Shown here: one piece after another, positions 13,022 through 27,336 of the stretch
Position numbering within the stretch: the first letter of the stretch is position 1
How the letters are laid out: every line of letters begins with the position of its first letter
Notes under the pieces: model-generated
What the model saw: the letters and a program-made list of their open reading frames with translations, nothing else
The model's database searches: none
Told to the model about the DNA's origin: nothing
Translations under genes and position numbers: made by a program
Assembly (NCBI GenBank): GCA_040954595.2
Contig: CM082588.2
Coordinates: 7,796,844 to 7,860,843, forward strand
Source: Balanoglossus misakiensis
Taxonomy: Eukaryota; Animalia; Hemichordata
Length of the DNA: 64,000 bases
Reading direction: 5' to 3'

Positions 13022-13094
13022 TATTTTGAGAAAAGGCTGCAAAATAACGTTATCCACATGGATATATAGAGGAACGCCCTATTAGCATTTTGAC

Positions 13095-13277
13095 TAGACT
13101 TGCTCCAAGTCTATGTACGGAACGCGTAGGCCCATAACCACAAGCACAGTCCCAAATTCGAAACTCACCTCACTACCAAAAACACGCTCAAGGCAAGCAT
13201 GCACGCAAAAAGTATTGAAATTATTTATTAAGACAAAAAAACCATCGAAAACACCAAGCGACTAGTGGGCTAGTCTA
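13095..13277. mobile_element. MITE with 9-bp TSD (cattttgac) and TAGACT..AGTCTA termini
   Basis: Empty site tagcattttgacctatc at 1321 and 21469; second filled copy 33283-33519. Confidence 0.75.
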
Positions 13278-13821
13278 CATTTTGACCTATCTGAATATAT
13301 TCAGGCGAAAACGAGGTTGAGGGGATTCCCCTTTGATTCCCCGGTTGCGGACAACCATATATTTCCTTTTGTTTATACGTACTTGCATGCTAGTATTTTG
13401 CGCCAATGTCAGTGGCCTTCACATTTGAAATCGTAGCCCCCAAACATGGATTTGTTGGACTTTTCTTCCCATATGATATAAAGTAATGAGAAACTTCATC
13501 TGATTGTAACATTCTAACCACTTAACTTTAGCACTCAAAAATATCTAGTGAGTTTCACATATACATATACATGGAACTGTAAGGCCAGTCAAAATAGAAA
13601 TGACGACTGTTTTCACAAGCTTCTGTTAGTTGCGGTTCAGACTGCGTGTTTGCGATTTGCACACAGATTTGGAATTTGCGCCTGGTTTTTTAGCAAATGT
13701 GAACATTTTAGTGTATCACCAACACTGTTCGAGGTAATCTTGGAAGTGGAGATCTTCATATATCTGCGCCCAAGTGCTTCCAGAACTGGAGTCAAGTTGT
13801 GTTTTGTGATATCGTACAAAG

Positions 13822-16156
13822 ATGGCGACTGGTGGTGCATTTTTAACTACAGCCGAGAAGGTGAATCATGCTAGACTTTGTCGACTACTTATCGACGGCG
13901 GATCTAAAGCGGTGAGATGTGTATTTGACAGCAAGATTCCACCTAATGTGCTTGCAAACACCCTTAACAGGCATAATGCATCGTTAGTAAGACTACAAAT
14001 GTCGTATAAAGGACCTAATCCAAGTCAAAAGGTTATCAGTGATGGCCAGTGGGATCTGTTATACCCAACCCAACCCAACCTTGTCAAGTCTGAAGACTTC
14101 GACATTACATTGCTCACAGTTTTATTACGGAATATCTGTGGCCTTCGACATGCAAGAGATAGAGTATGGACACATCCCTCCCCTGGTGATCTCAGTGTTG
14201 AAGCTGATGTGGCCCGAATAAGAGAGTTCAGGAATAGACTTCAACACATGACGGGCACAGCTGTCCCTAAGAGCGAATTTCAATCTTTCTGGGATGACAT
14301 TAGTAAAGTATTGGTACGTCTTGGCGCTAAGCAGGGAGATATCGATCAGTTGAAGACTGCGAGTATGGACCTTGCTGAGACAGACAAATACGAACAAACT
14401 TTAAAGCACTGGGAAGAATCCGACATGGTGCTAGAAAAGTTCCTACAGCGTATGGAAGAGAAAGTTGGTCAGATATCAGAGACACAGAGTGACCATAGCA
14501 GTACTTTGGCAGATATCGAACAGAACCAACAAGAAACGACTCAACATCTTAGTCAGATATCAGAGACACAGACTGGCCATAGCAGTACTTTGGCTGAAAT
14601 TGAACAGAACCAACAAGAAACGACTCAACATCTTAGTCAGATATCAGAGACACAGAGTGACCATAGCAGTACATTGGCTGATATCGAACAGAACCAACGG
14701 GAGAACCAACAAGAAACAACTCGACATCTTGGTCAGATATCAGAGAGACAGAGTGGCCATAGCAGTACTTTGACTAATATCGAACAGAACCAACGGGAGA
14801 ACCAACAAGAAACAACTCGACATCTTGGTCAGATATCAGAGACACAGAGTGGCCATAGCAGTACTTTGGTTGATATTGAACAGAACCAACAAGAAACGAC
14901 TCAACATCTTAGTCAGATATCAGAGACACAGACTGGCCATAGCAGTACTTTGGCTGATATTGAACAGAACCAACAAGAAACGACTCAACATCTTGGTCAG
15001 ATATCAGAGACACAGAGTGACCATAGCAGTACATTGGCTGATATCGAACAGAACCAACGGGAGAACCAACAAGAAACAACTCGACATCTTGGTCAGATAT
15101 CAGAGACACAGACTGGCCATAGCAGTACTTTGGCTGATATTGAACAGAACCAACAAGAAAGGACTCAACATCTTAGTCAGATATCAGAGACACAGACTGG
15201 CCATAGCAGTACTTTGGCTGATATTGAACAGAACCAACAAGAAACGACTCAACATCTTAGTCAGATATCAGAGACACAGACTGGCCATAGCAGTACTTTG
15301 GCTGATATCGAACAGAACCAACGGGAGAACCAACAAGAAATGACTCAACATCTTGGTCAGATATCAGAGAGACAGAGTGGCCATAGCAGTACTTTGACTA
15401 ATATCGAACAGAACCAACGGGAGAACCAACAAGAAACAACTCAACATCTTGGTCAGATATCAGAGACACAGAGTGGCCATAGCAATACTTTGGGTGATAT
15501 CGAACAGAACCAACGGGAGAACCAACAAGAAACGACTCAACATCTTGGTCAGATATCAGAGACACAGAGTGACCATAGCAGTACATTGGCTGATATCGAA
15601 CAGAAACAACGGGAGAACCAACAAGAAACAACTCGACATCTTGGTCAGATATCAGAGACACAGAGTGACCATAGCAGTACTTTGACTGATATCGAACAGA
15701 AACAACGGGAGAACCAACAAGAAACGACTCAACATCTTGGTCAGATATCAGAGACACAGAGTGGCCATAGCAGTACTTTGGCTGATATCGAACAGAACCA
15801 ACAAGAAACAACTCAACATCTTGGTCAGATATCAGAGACACAGACTGGCCATAGCAGTACTTTGGCTGATATCGAACAGAACCAACAAGAAACAACTCAA
15901 CATCTTGGTCAGATATCAGAGACACAGAGTGGCCATAGCAGTACTTTGGCTGATATCGAACAGAACCAACAAGAAACAACTCAACATCTTGGTCAGATAT
16001 CAGAGACACAGACTGGCCATAGCAGTACTTTGGCTGATATCGAACAGAACCAACAAGAAACAACTCAACATCTTGGTCAGATATCAGAGACACTGGTTGA
16101 CATCAAAGAAGGCCTCAAGACTTCACATACCAGTGAGTCAAGAACGTGTGTTCCAG
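13822..16156 (+). CDS. NLR-like copy 2, exon 1: HEPN + 18 coiled-coil repeat units
   Basis: Paralogue of 1849-2767; donor at 16157, phase 1. Confidence 0.85.
14467..16074 (+). repeat. Coding minisatellite, 18 units of 84/96 bp
   Basis: GQISETQSDHSSTLADIEQNQ(RENQ)QETTQHL; 10 short and 8 long units. Confidence 0.95.
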
Positions 16157-16629
16157 GTAATAATTAAGATTGACAAGTCGAATGCATTTCTATGGCTGAA
16201 ATTTATGATATTATAGCTTTTTTATAATTTGCATAAGTTTTGGTCAAACTTAATTTTTCCTTCACGGTCTCATTAATTATATGTGCAGATAAAAACTCAT
16301 ATTCCAACTTGGTCAGATGACCATGAGGGTCAATCTGGGTTAGCTTATTTCACATCTCAAGTCTTGCGTCATAATCATACATTGCATAGACCATCAGAAG
16401 CAAGTTTTATACTTATTTTTGCAATATATGAGAATGGGAATAATCAGGAAATCAAGTGAATATACAATATAATATATGACTATGTTATACTTCGTACATG
16501 TACAATAATATTTTATAGCTTGTGGCAATAGTAAAATAAACAACAACTATATGTAATATAGTAATATCATCTCAAGTCTTACCTCATACAAAGTCATATC
16601 ATCAATATTTCATTGTTGGTTTCTTGCAG

Positions 16630-19442
16630 ATACTTCTGCAGGGTTTGAGTGGCTTAAAGACTATCTCAAAGGATTGTACAGCCATGACTTTGACAAGTTC
16701 CAACCTCTACCATGGAATGAAAGCTTCTCACTCCATTTATCTGAAGTGTATACCCGACTGAAGATGGGAGAGGTTAATGAAAGGGGTAAGCGCTTGCGCA
16801 CCAATGACAATGAAGCAAATGACTCTGTTGTTCATGAAAGTGCAATATTTGAAGCAGATAGAAAAGGAGTGAGACCACATAGAATAAGAATTGAAGGACC
16901 TCCAGCTATTGGCAAGTCAATGTTTAGTAGAAAGCTGGCCTACAACTGGGCTTGTGGCAAATTAGAACAATTTAAATTAGTCTTTCTGTTGGAAATGAGA
17001 TATATGAGTAAAGAATCAATCATAGAAACCATATTTGATCAATTACTTCCTGATGATGCAGAAATTTCCAGAGATGAGCTTGACAAGGTTCTGAAAAGGA
17101 ATGCAGATTCTGTGCTGTTCCTCTGTGATGGTTTGGATGAAATGTGTAAGGATTTCAAGGAAAGTTCTGATATTAGTCGGATTATTGCAAAGAAATTATT
17201 GCCAAGATGTACAGTAGCTATCACAACCAGGCCCCATGAATGTGACACACAGTTGAAAAACTGTGATTCACATTATCACATAGAGGGCTTCACATGGAGT
17301 GATTGTAGGAAATATATCATGAAGTACTTCAAGCATGAGTCTGAGACTGGTGAGAATTTGATCACAAATTTAGTACAAAACCTCCAGTTTGCATGGTTGG
17401 GTGATTTCCTTAGTAATCCCTTACATGTTTCATTTCTTTGTGTACTGTGGGAGGATCATCAAGATGGTGACCATTTCCCAACTAGAGTGACAGAGTTGTA
17501 TTTTGAAGTATTGCAGTGTATTTTGAAGAGGTATTGTTGCAAGACCGGAGTCAGTCTTGATGAACAGGGAGAAGTACCCGTTGATATCATGGCTGATGTA
17601 AATAAACTGGCTGCCATTGCTTATAATTATCTGAAACAGAGAAAAATACTCATAAATGAGGTAGATGTGATGCCAACATGGCTCTTGTCACTAGGGTTAC
17701 TTGTGCGTGATTGCGGTGTATCTCGCACAAAACCAAAGAAAGTTTGTTTCTTCTGTCACAAAACTTGGCTGGAATATTTTGCTGCTTTACATATTGCTGA
17801 ATGTGTGAAGGATACTGCTTCCTTTGATGAGTTTCAATTTCTATATAGTAACAATTATGTTGGCAACAATGACCAAGTCTTGGTATTTCTGATTGGCACT
17901 CTGAAGGAGAAAGCTGGTCCAGTATTTAAGGAAATTGGGATGGAGATGTGCAAGTCTGATTCTTGCCTTGAGTATAGAATGGACGGGTATATATCTCTCT
18001 TACATGAAAGTGTCAATTATCAAGCATTTTTGACAGTCATAGAACCCGTCCTTTATCAATTTCAGCGTATCATTAGTAATCCTTTATATAGAAATATCAG
18101 TGCAAGATCTACGATTGTCAAATCTATGTCTTCACCATCACCATATATTTTAAGTGATTTAAATTTTCTTACATTGGTTTTTAGAGATAGTTACTTGATG
18201 ATAATCATTGATATGCTGAAGTATGAACACTCATGTGAAAGTAGACCCAAATTTAATAAAAATCTCTGGTTAGATACCAACAAAATGCAATCATCAGAGA
18301 TTTCCTATTTAACAGAGGCACTGGAGAAGAATCTCATTTCTCTTGAATGGCTTGTGTTGAATGTGACTTCATCCAGTGACAAGGATCTGCTTCAGTGGGC
18401 AAAAGCTATCAGAGAAACCAAAGCAGTACAAAACATACATATCATTGTAGGTGGTAGGGATAGTATTTATCATAACTGTAAGAAATGTAAGCAAGGCACC
18501 TCAAATAAAGAAACAGATTTGACATCACGCACTTTAAGAAACCTTATCGAAAATGCTGTGAAAAATAAGCATATTGATTGTTTGTCATTGCATACATTAT
18601 ACCTGTCTGACCATCAATGGGGGGAAATTGATAACATTGTTCCATTTAAGTCATTGAAACAGGCCAGGCACTTTCATAATATTGTGGAAACCAAAACAGG
18701 TTTCAATAGCGTATTATTGAAAGTTGCTGATATGCTTGAACACTGTCAATCTACCAAGGTTTGTCATTTTGTACTTTTTGATAGTGTCAGATATTCTGCC
18801 ATTGAGGGCAGTACTGCAAGAGCTTTGTTAAAAGCTGTTAAAAACATCAGCAAAACAATTAAATCTCTTAGTTTGTTTGTCACATCAGAATTTGTAAATA
18901 TACCTTATACATCTGATGTTGTAAGTAAGATTATACACATTTTGGTGTCTAACACCACATTAGAGGATCTTAAGTTATTTATAGAGATTGAAAATGTTGA
19001 TGCTGTATCGAAGTTTATTCAATGTAATAAGTATGTCAAGTCACTGTCCTTTGCTCTGTATCAGTCCAGAATGAGCACAGACCATTTATGTTCAGCTCTC
19101 TGTGCTGCTTTGAGTTCCAATACAACTCTGGAAAGCTTTGCACTGGAGTTTTGTTATGAGTTTGATATAGTTCATAGTAACCCTGAACTTTCCACTGAGC
19201 ATAAGTATATTAGTCAATTGATTTTACCAACACATAGGTTATTGTGTGATGGAAAAACTGCATTGAAGACGATTTCATTTACTTTTCCATCACAAAGTCC
19301 AGAACGCAGTGATTATATTGTCAATGTCATGACAGAGTATTTTAAAGGAAATGTTTCAGGGTCATACCAATACTCTGTGAAGGAGCCGATCTTGTATAAC
19401 ATGTCTATTCACATTCTGAAAGTATCGATCAGTGAACCCTAG
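16630..19442 (+). CDS. NLR-like copy 2, last exon: NACHT + LRR (no MYND exon; about 1715 aa)
   Basis: Acceptor ttcttgcag| at 16629; all NACHT motifs intact; the 473-bp intron has no MYND sequence. Confidence 0.9.
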
Positions 19443-22014
19443 ACAATGCTGAATGCCACATTTGCATAAGATGCATTCTGCTAAATAGGGGAAACTCCAT
19501 GAAAAATTGTAAACTTTAATTTTTTTTGTATATACACTTAATTTAAGGTACAGATATAAAATATACCAGGTAACACACTATACTATAGATATCAATGCTT
19601 GCACAGTTAGACAAACTGTCAAGGGATTTTCAATATACTGTATCTAGATGGAAATATAACTAATTTAGTAAGGACACATAAAGTGAACAAATAAACAGAA
19701 TTTGATTGTTCACTTTATAACAGTACTAGAATCAAATATCTACCACAAAGTGTTTTTCTTGACCGGAACTATGACAAATTCAAAAGGCTTATGAGTTCCA
19801 CAGATTTACGGGTATTATTGAATATTTGCAAGTATGTTTATAAAGCTATGGCTGTGAGAAGAACAGCCACTTATAGGATGAATAATATTGTTCAACTTTC
19901 TTTGTATTTGTGTAGTCAGCATTCACTTTGTATTTGTGTGATGTATTACTTTAGTTGAGAACTGGAAGTTCTCCTTGCATTTGGACCTGAGGTCTTCAAA
20001 CGCAATAAATTACTATTATTATTACTGGCTGTGAGAAGAGCAGTCACTTGCCACTCATAGAGTGTATAATATTGTTCAACTTTCTTTGTATTTGTGTAGT
20101 CAGCATTCACTTTGTATTTGTGTGATGTATTACTTTATTTGAGAACTGGATGTTCTCCTTGCATTTGGACCTGAGGTCTTCAAACGCAATAAATTACTAT
20201 TATTATTACTAAGGACACAATTTGTATGTAAGGGAATATGCGGAGAGTAGCAGAATATTTATTTAAGCCAAGTGACACACTTTTGTAAGACACATTCCTG
20301 TATAGATTCAATTTAGTTCTGTTTCTTACCTCTGTGCAAAAATCCCAACATTTTCTGGAAATTGTACGAGACTTATCAAGTTTGGAGATGGCACAACAAT
20401 AATTTATATGTCTTAACTCATTGTTATACATTTGCTTATATCTATTTATTGCTTTACTTTATTGTTTTTTTAGTGAAATGTTTTTTTTTCTTAATTTCTA
20501 TAGAACCTGTAAATGAGATTTGTTTCAGTTGGTCTTTCTTGAAATAAATATAGTCTGAGAAGAAAGCAATTTTGAAAAATCTGTTTTCTTTTTATTTAAA
20601 TTAAAACAGAATGAATGAAGAGATCGATAGGTTGTATTATGTAAAGCGAGGGGAACATATTGTTAAACGAATGTAAAAGTGTGACTCTAATGCAACTAAT
20701 GCAAAATATATTTAAGGGACAAAGACTCTCTCTTGCTGCCCCTTTTTCCATTAATTAGGTTAAATACAAGACACCGTTATGTTACTCTACATGCGGATAT
20801 ATAGTGCGTCAACGTTCGACTACACACAACTTCCATCCCGATTATAGACATGAGAGTGAAAAACTTGCCAAAATGAATAATTGATCTCTATGAATTACTA
20901 AATAGAGAAATGTGTAGGAGTCTTCTCAAAACATTGTTACACATGGCCAGATCACATAACTGATAGTAAAGAATATATTCATCGATATCGTCACACATAT
21001 CGCTTAAAATGACGTGACTTTTTTAGAGTGCATGTCTACAAAACCAAGACTTTTATCATTCTGATGTACTCAAGGCATTCTGCTTTATATCTTCACATTT
21101 GTTCCATTAAAATCCTACACACAGTTTTACTACAATAATTATATACAATATATTGCTTTCACATATTTTAAGAAGATGTTCTATACCCTTCACGCTTTAG
21201 CTGTACAGTCCTTTTGTCAGCGTCAAAGCCAAAATGTTAGTATTGACTCCACAAATACTGCAATCCATCAAACATTACATTCCAAAAGCTCATTGAAAAG
21301 GTCATCAACATAGACAATTTATAAATATGGTTAAAGTACACCCCCTTATCATACGTCATTTAAATCAGAAAACCAGGAGGACAAAGTATTGATCCATCTT
21401 TAATAAACAGAACAACTGATTCCTATAATAATAAATTAACCTAACTTTATATAGAGGAACACCCCTATTAGCATTTTGACCTATCTGAAGTCAAATGCCA
21501 TGAATATATTCAGACGAAAACGAGGTTGAGGGGATTCCCCGATGATATCACCATTACGGACAACCATATATTTCTTTTTGTTTATATGTACTTGCTTAAT
21601 AGTAGTTTGTGCCAATGTCAGTGGCCTTGACATTTGAAATCGTAGCCCCCAAACATCGATTTGTTGGACTTTTCTTCCCATATGATATAAAGTTACGAGA
21701 AACTTCATCTGATTGTATCATTCTAACCACTTAACTCTAGCACTCAAAATATTTCAAGTGAGTTTCACATATACATATACATGGAACTGTAAGGCCACTG
21801 TGCCAAGCCTCTGTTAGTCGTAGTTAAGAGTTCAGACTGCGTGTTTGTGATTTGCTCACAGTTTGAATTTGCGCCTGGTTTTAGCAAATGTGAACATTTT
21901 AGTGTATCACCAACACTGTTCGAGGTAATCTTGGAAGTGGAGATCTTCATAAATCTGCGCCCAAGTGCTTCCAGAACTGGAAGTCAAGTTGTGTTTTTGC
22001 GATATCTTACAAAG

Positions 22015-22834
22015 ATGGCAACTGGTGGTGCATTTTTAACTACAGCCGAGAAGGTGAATCACGCTAGACTTTGTCGACTACTTATCGACGGCGGATCAAA
22101 AGCGGTGAGATGTGTATTTGACAGCAAGATTCCACCTAATCTTACACTTGCTGACACACTGAGGAACCATAAAGTTTCGTTACAGAGACTTCGTCCAAAT
22201 GTTATCAGTGATGGTCAGTGGGATCTGTTATACCCAACCCCACCCAACCTTGTCAAGTCTGAAGACTTCGACATTACATTGCTCACAGCTTTATTACGGA
22301 ATATCTGTGGCCTTCGACGTCCAGGACATAAAGTATGGAAATATCCCCCCACTGGTGATCTCGGTGTTGAAGCTGATGTGGCCCGAATAAGAGAGTTCAG
22401 GAATAGACTTCAACACATGACGGGCACAGCTATCCCTGACAGCGAATTTCAATCTTTCTGGGATGACATTAGTAAAGTATTGGTACGTCTTGGCGCTAAG
22501 CAGGGAGATATCGATCAGTTGAAGACTGCGAGTATGGACCTTGCAGAGACAGACAAATACGAACAAACTTTAAAGCACTGGGAAGAATCTGACATGGTGG
22601 TGGAAAAGTTCCTACAGCGTATGGAAGAGAAAATTGGTGATCAAACTCTTCAGCTTGGTCAGATATCAGAGACACAGAGTGACCATAGCAGTACTTTGGC
22701 TGATATCGAACAGAACCAACGGGAGAACCAACAAGAAACGACTCAACATCTTGGTCAGATATCAGAGACACTGGTTGACATCAAAGAAGGCCTCAAGACT
22801 TCACATACCAGTGAGTCAAGAACATGTGTTCCAT
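22015..22834 (+). CDS. NLR-like copy 3, exon 1: divergent HEPN + 1 repeat unit
   Basis: Homologous ATG at 22015; donor ccaT|gtaata (weakened -1 base). Confidence 0.75.
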
Positions 22835-23609
22835 GTAATACTTAAGATTGACAAGATGAATGCATTTCTATGGCTGAAATCTACGACATTATAGCTTTTT
22901 TATAACTTGCATAATTTTTGGTCAAACTTAATTTTTCCTTCAATTGGTCTCATAATTTATATGTGCAGATAATACTCTTATTCCAATTTGGTCAGCTGGC
23001 TTGGGCTGACCCAGGGCCAATCTGGGTTAGCTTATTTCTTATCCTACATGTAAGTCTTGCCTCATAATCATACATTGCATAGACAATCATAAGCAAGTTT
23101 TATACTTATTTTTGCAATATATGAGAATGGGAATAATCAGGAAATCAAGATAACTACAATTCCACTTTTCTGGGGAGTCCAAAATCTTGTTAGGTGGTGA
23201 CATCTTGGGTTTTTGCCTCCAAATATATTAAAGGGACAAAGATTCTCTCTCACTTCCCCTTTTCCATTAATAAATGCTTGATACATGACACTTTTTATGT
23301 TATTCTACATGTGGAATTATATAGTGAATCAACATTCGACCGCACACAACTTCCATCCCACTTGTATGATATGAGAGCAACAAATCTCGCCAAAATGAAT
23401 ATGGTCGAATGTTGATTCACTATATATTCACAAGTATATAACATAAACAGTGTCTTGTATCATATATAATTAATGGAAAAAGGACAGCGAGAGAGAGACT
23501 TTAATGTCCCTTTAATGGCGACATCATGGTTGCTTAGTTTGAAAAAAAGATTCTGTTGTACACCACCATTAAAAATAACTTTTCTATAAATTCTCTTCTT
23601 TATCTTAAG

Positions 23610-23741
23610 ATGTTTTCTGTGCTTGGTGCAACTGTAAGAGTGATAATCTCAAAAAGTGTACCCGCTGTTGTGCAGTGATGTATTGTGGGAAAGACTGTCA
23701 GAAACAACACTGGAAGAAAGGTCACAGAGAAGAATGCAAAG
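23610..23741 (+). CDS. NLR-like copy 3, exon 2: canonical zf-MYND
   Basis: Not in the ORF track. Manual translation CAWCNCKSDNLKKCTRCCAVMYCGKDCQKQHWKKGHREECK; AG/GT intact. Confidence 0.75.
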
Positions 23742-24377
23742 GTACAATTGATTATTTTCTGAACTCCACGTGACCCCACGAGATTTCACGTAGCTAAGCA
23801 ATTTATATGGGAGGACATTCCCCTGGCACAGGGCAAACAATTATCGCATGTCCCACCATATTCAATGGCACAAACAATTTCCTTTTTTGTTAAACTCTGC
23901 ACCTATTCTAATTTCTTAGCTACCAAACCGTTGCTATAGTAATTAACCAAGTCTCAGGAGATTTCTCAATGAGCTGGAAATCATCATTGTTAAAGTCTGA
24001 ACCTATATTCTAGTTACATACCAAGCTAGATAGTATGAAAATATTCACAAACACCTTTTAGTACATGTAAGAACTTATAAATAAGATACTGAAAATTTCC
24101 ATGTTTCACGCATAATGTTTGTATTCTCATGTGCAGAGCTGTCTGTGAAAAAGCTGGGGGTAATCACAACATGACCCTGCCTATATGGAACACAATATGT
24201 GGTTCATATATTACGGTAGTTGTGGGTCATAATGCTTCTAGTATACCATATGTAACCCCTGACTATATTATACCTAGTACAATGATGTTTTACAGCTTGT
24301 GAAAATAGTAAAATAAACAGCAACTATCTGCAATACAAAAGTCATACTATCAATATTTCATTGTTTTTTTCTTACAG

Positions 24378-27336
24378 ATACTTCTGCAGGGTTTGAGTGG
24401 CTTAAAGACTATCTCAAAGGATTGTACAGCCATGACTTTGACAAGTTCCAACCATTGCCATGGAATGAAAACTTCTCACTCCATTTATCTGATGTCTATA
24501 CCCGACTGAAGATGGTAAAGGTTGATGAAAGGGGTAAGATCATTAAGGACAATGAAGAAAATGACACTGTTGTTCATGAGAGTGCAATATTTGAAGAGAT
24601 CATTGAGGACAATAAAGCAAAGAACACTGTTGTTCATGAGAGTGCAATATTTGAAGAGATCATTGAGGACAATAAAGCAAAGAACACTGTAGTTCATGAA
24701 AGTGCAATATTTGAAGCAGATAGAAAAGGAGTGAGACCACGTAGAATAAGAATTGAAGGACCTCCAGCTATTGGCAAGTCAATGTTTAGTAGAAAACTGG
24801 CCTACAACTGGGCTTGTGGCAAATTAGAGCAATTTAAATTAGTCTTTCTGTTGGAAATGAGATATATGAGTAAAGTATCAATCATAGAAACCATATTTGA
24901 TCAATTACTTCCTGATGATGCAGAAATTTCCAGAGATGATGTTGACAAGGTTCTGAAAAGGAATGCAGATTCTGTGCTGTTCCTCTGTGATGGTTTGGAT
25001 GAAATGTGTAAGGATTTCAAGGAAAGCTCTGATATTAGTCGGATTATTGCAAAGAAATTATTGCCAAGATGTACAGTAGCTATCACAACCAGGCCCCATG
25101 AATGTGACACACAGTTGAAAAACTGTGATTCACATTATCACATACAGGGCTTCACAAAGAGTGATTGTAGGGAATATATCATGAAGTACTTCAAGCATGA
25201 GTCTGAGACTGGTAAGAATTTGATCGCAAATTTAGAACAAAACCTTGAGTTTGAATGGTTGGATGATTTTCTTAGTAATCCCTTACATGTTTCATTTCTT
25301 TGTGTACTGTGGGAGGATCATCAAGATGGTGACCATTTCCCAACTAGAGTGACAGAGTTGTATTTTGAAGTATTGAAGTGTATTTTGAAGAGGTATTGTT
25401 CCAAGACTGGAGTCAGTCTTGATGAACAGGGAGAAGTACCCGTTGATATCATGGCTGATGTAAATAAACTGACTGCCATTGCTTATAATTATCTGAAACA
25501 GGGCAAAATACTCATAAATGAGGTAGATGTGATGCCAACATGGCTCTTGTCACTAGGGTTACTTGTGCGTGATTGCGGTGTATCTCGCACAAAACCAAAG
25601 AAAGTTTGTTTCTTCTGTCACAAAACTTGGCTGGAATATTTTGCTGCTTTACATATTGCTGAATGTGTGAAGGATACTGCTTCCTTTGATGAGTTTCAAT
25701 TTCTATCTGACGATATTATCCGCAATTTCAAAGTCTTGGTATTTCTGACTGGCACTCTGAAGGAGAAAGCTGGTCCAGTATTTAAGGAAATTGGGATGGA
25801 GACGTGCAAGTCTGCAGATGATGCTGGCTTGGACAGCTATATAGCTTTCTTACATGAAAGTGTCAATTATGAAGCATTTTTGAAATTCATAAAACCCATC
25901 CTTTATCAATTTAAGTGTTTCATTTGTGATCCTGTATTTTTTAGACCAAGACCTGTGGTTGTCAATTCTTTGTCTTCACCATCACCATATTTTCTAAGTG
26001 ACGATTTGGATTTTCATACATTGTATTATGAAGATAGTTACTCGATGATAATCATTGATATGCTGAAGTATAAACACTCACATGAAAGTATACCCAAATT
26101 TCATAACAATCTTGAGATACATATCAACAATATGCAATCATCAGAGATTTCCTATTTAGTAGAGGCACTGGAGAAGAATCTTATTTCTCTTGAATGGTTT
26201 GTGTTGAATGTGACTCCATCCAGTGACAAGAATCTTCTTCAGTTGGCAAAAGCTATCAGAGAAACCATTAAGCAGTACAAAACATTCATATCATTGTAGG
26301 TGATGATAGGGACAATGTTGTTGACAGCACTCCCAATGAAAAATGTAAGCAAGGCACCTCAATTAAAGAAACAGATTTGACATCACGCACTTTAAGAAAC
26401 CTTATCGAAAATGCTGAGAAAAATGAGCATATTGATTGTTTGTCATTGCATACATTTGACCGGTCTGACCATCAACGGGAGAATATTGATAACATTGTTC
26501 CATATAATTCATTGAAACAGGCCAGGCACTTTCATAATATTGTGGAAACCGAAACAGGTGTAAATAGCGTATTACTGAAAGTTGCTGATATGCTTGAACA
26601 CTGTCAATCTACCAAGGTTTGTCACGTGGTACTTGATGATAGTGTCAGATATTATGCCATTGAGGGCAGTACTGCAAGAGCTTTGTCAAAAGCTGTTCAA
26701 AATATCAGCAAAACAATTAATTCTCTTAGCTTGCTTGTCACATCAGAAATTTTAGATATACCAGAATATTTTGATGTTCAATCTGAATTTTTGCCTATAT
26801 GTCATGTTGTGAATGAGATTTTACACATTTTGATGTCTAACACCACATTAGAGGATCTTAAGTTATTTATAGAGAATGAAAATGTTGATGCTGTATTGAA
26901 GTTTATTCAATGTAATAAGTATGTCAAGTCACTGTCCTTTGCTCTGTATCAGTCTACAGTGAGTATAGACCATTTATGTTCAGCTCTCTGTGCTGCTTTG
27001 AGTTCCAATACAACTCTGGAAAGCTTTGCGCTGCATTTGTGTGATGAGTCAGATGCAATGTATAGTAACACTGAACATTCCACTGAGCATAAGTATATAA
27101 GTAAATTCATTTTACCAACACATAGATTATTGTGTGATGGAAAAACAGCATTGAAGACGATTTCATTTACTTTTCAATCATCAAGTCCAGAACGCAGGGA
27201 TGATATTGTCAATGTCATGACCGAGCATTTTAAAGGAAATGTTTCAGGGTCATACAAATACACTGTGAAGAGGCTGATCAGGTGGGATCTTCAATGGTAT
27301 ATTCACGTTCTGGAAGTATCCATCAGTGGGCCCTAG
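24378..27336 (+). pseudogene. NLR-like copy 3, exon 3: NACHT + LRR with 2-bp frameshift
   Basis: gaaaccaTTaagcag at 26268-26269 versus gaaaccaaagc in paralogues; splits into ORFs 24422-26299 and 26377-27336. Confidence 0.8.

Noticed and set aside
12730-13069. ER-rich and LS-rich ORFs
   Set aside because: Translations of the (GA)n microsatellite.
14467-16074. CRISPR-like array
   Set aside because: No unique spacers; it is an in-frame coding minisatellite in a eukaryotic gene.
21841-22014. N-terminal extension of copy 3
   Set aside because: GTG start; the frame is not conserved in paralogues.
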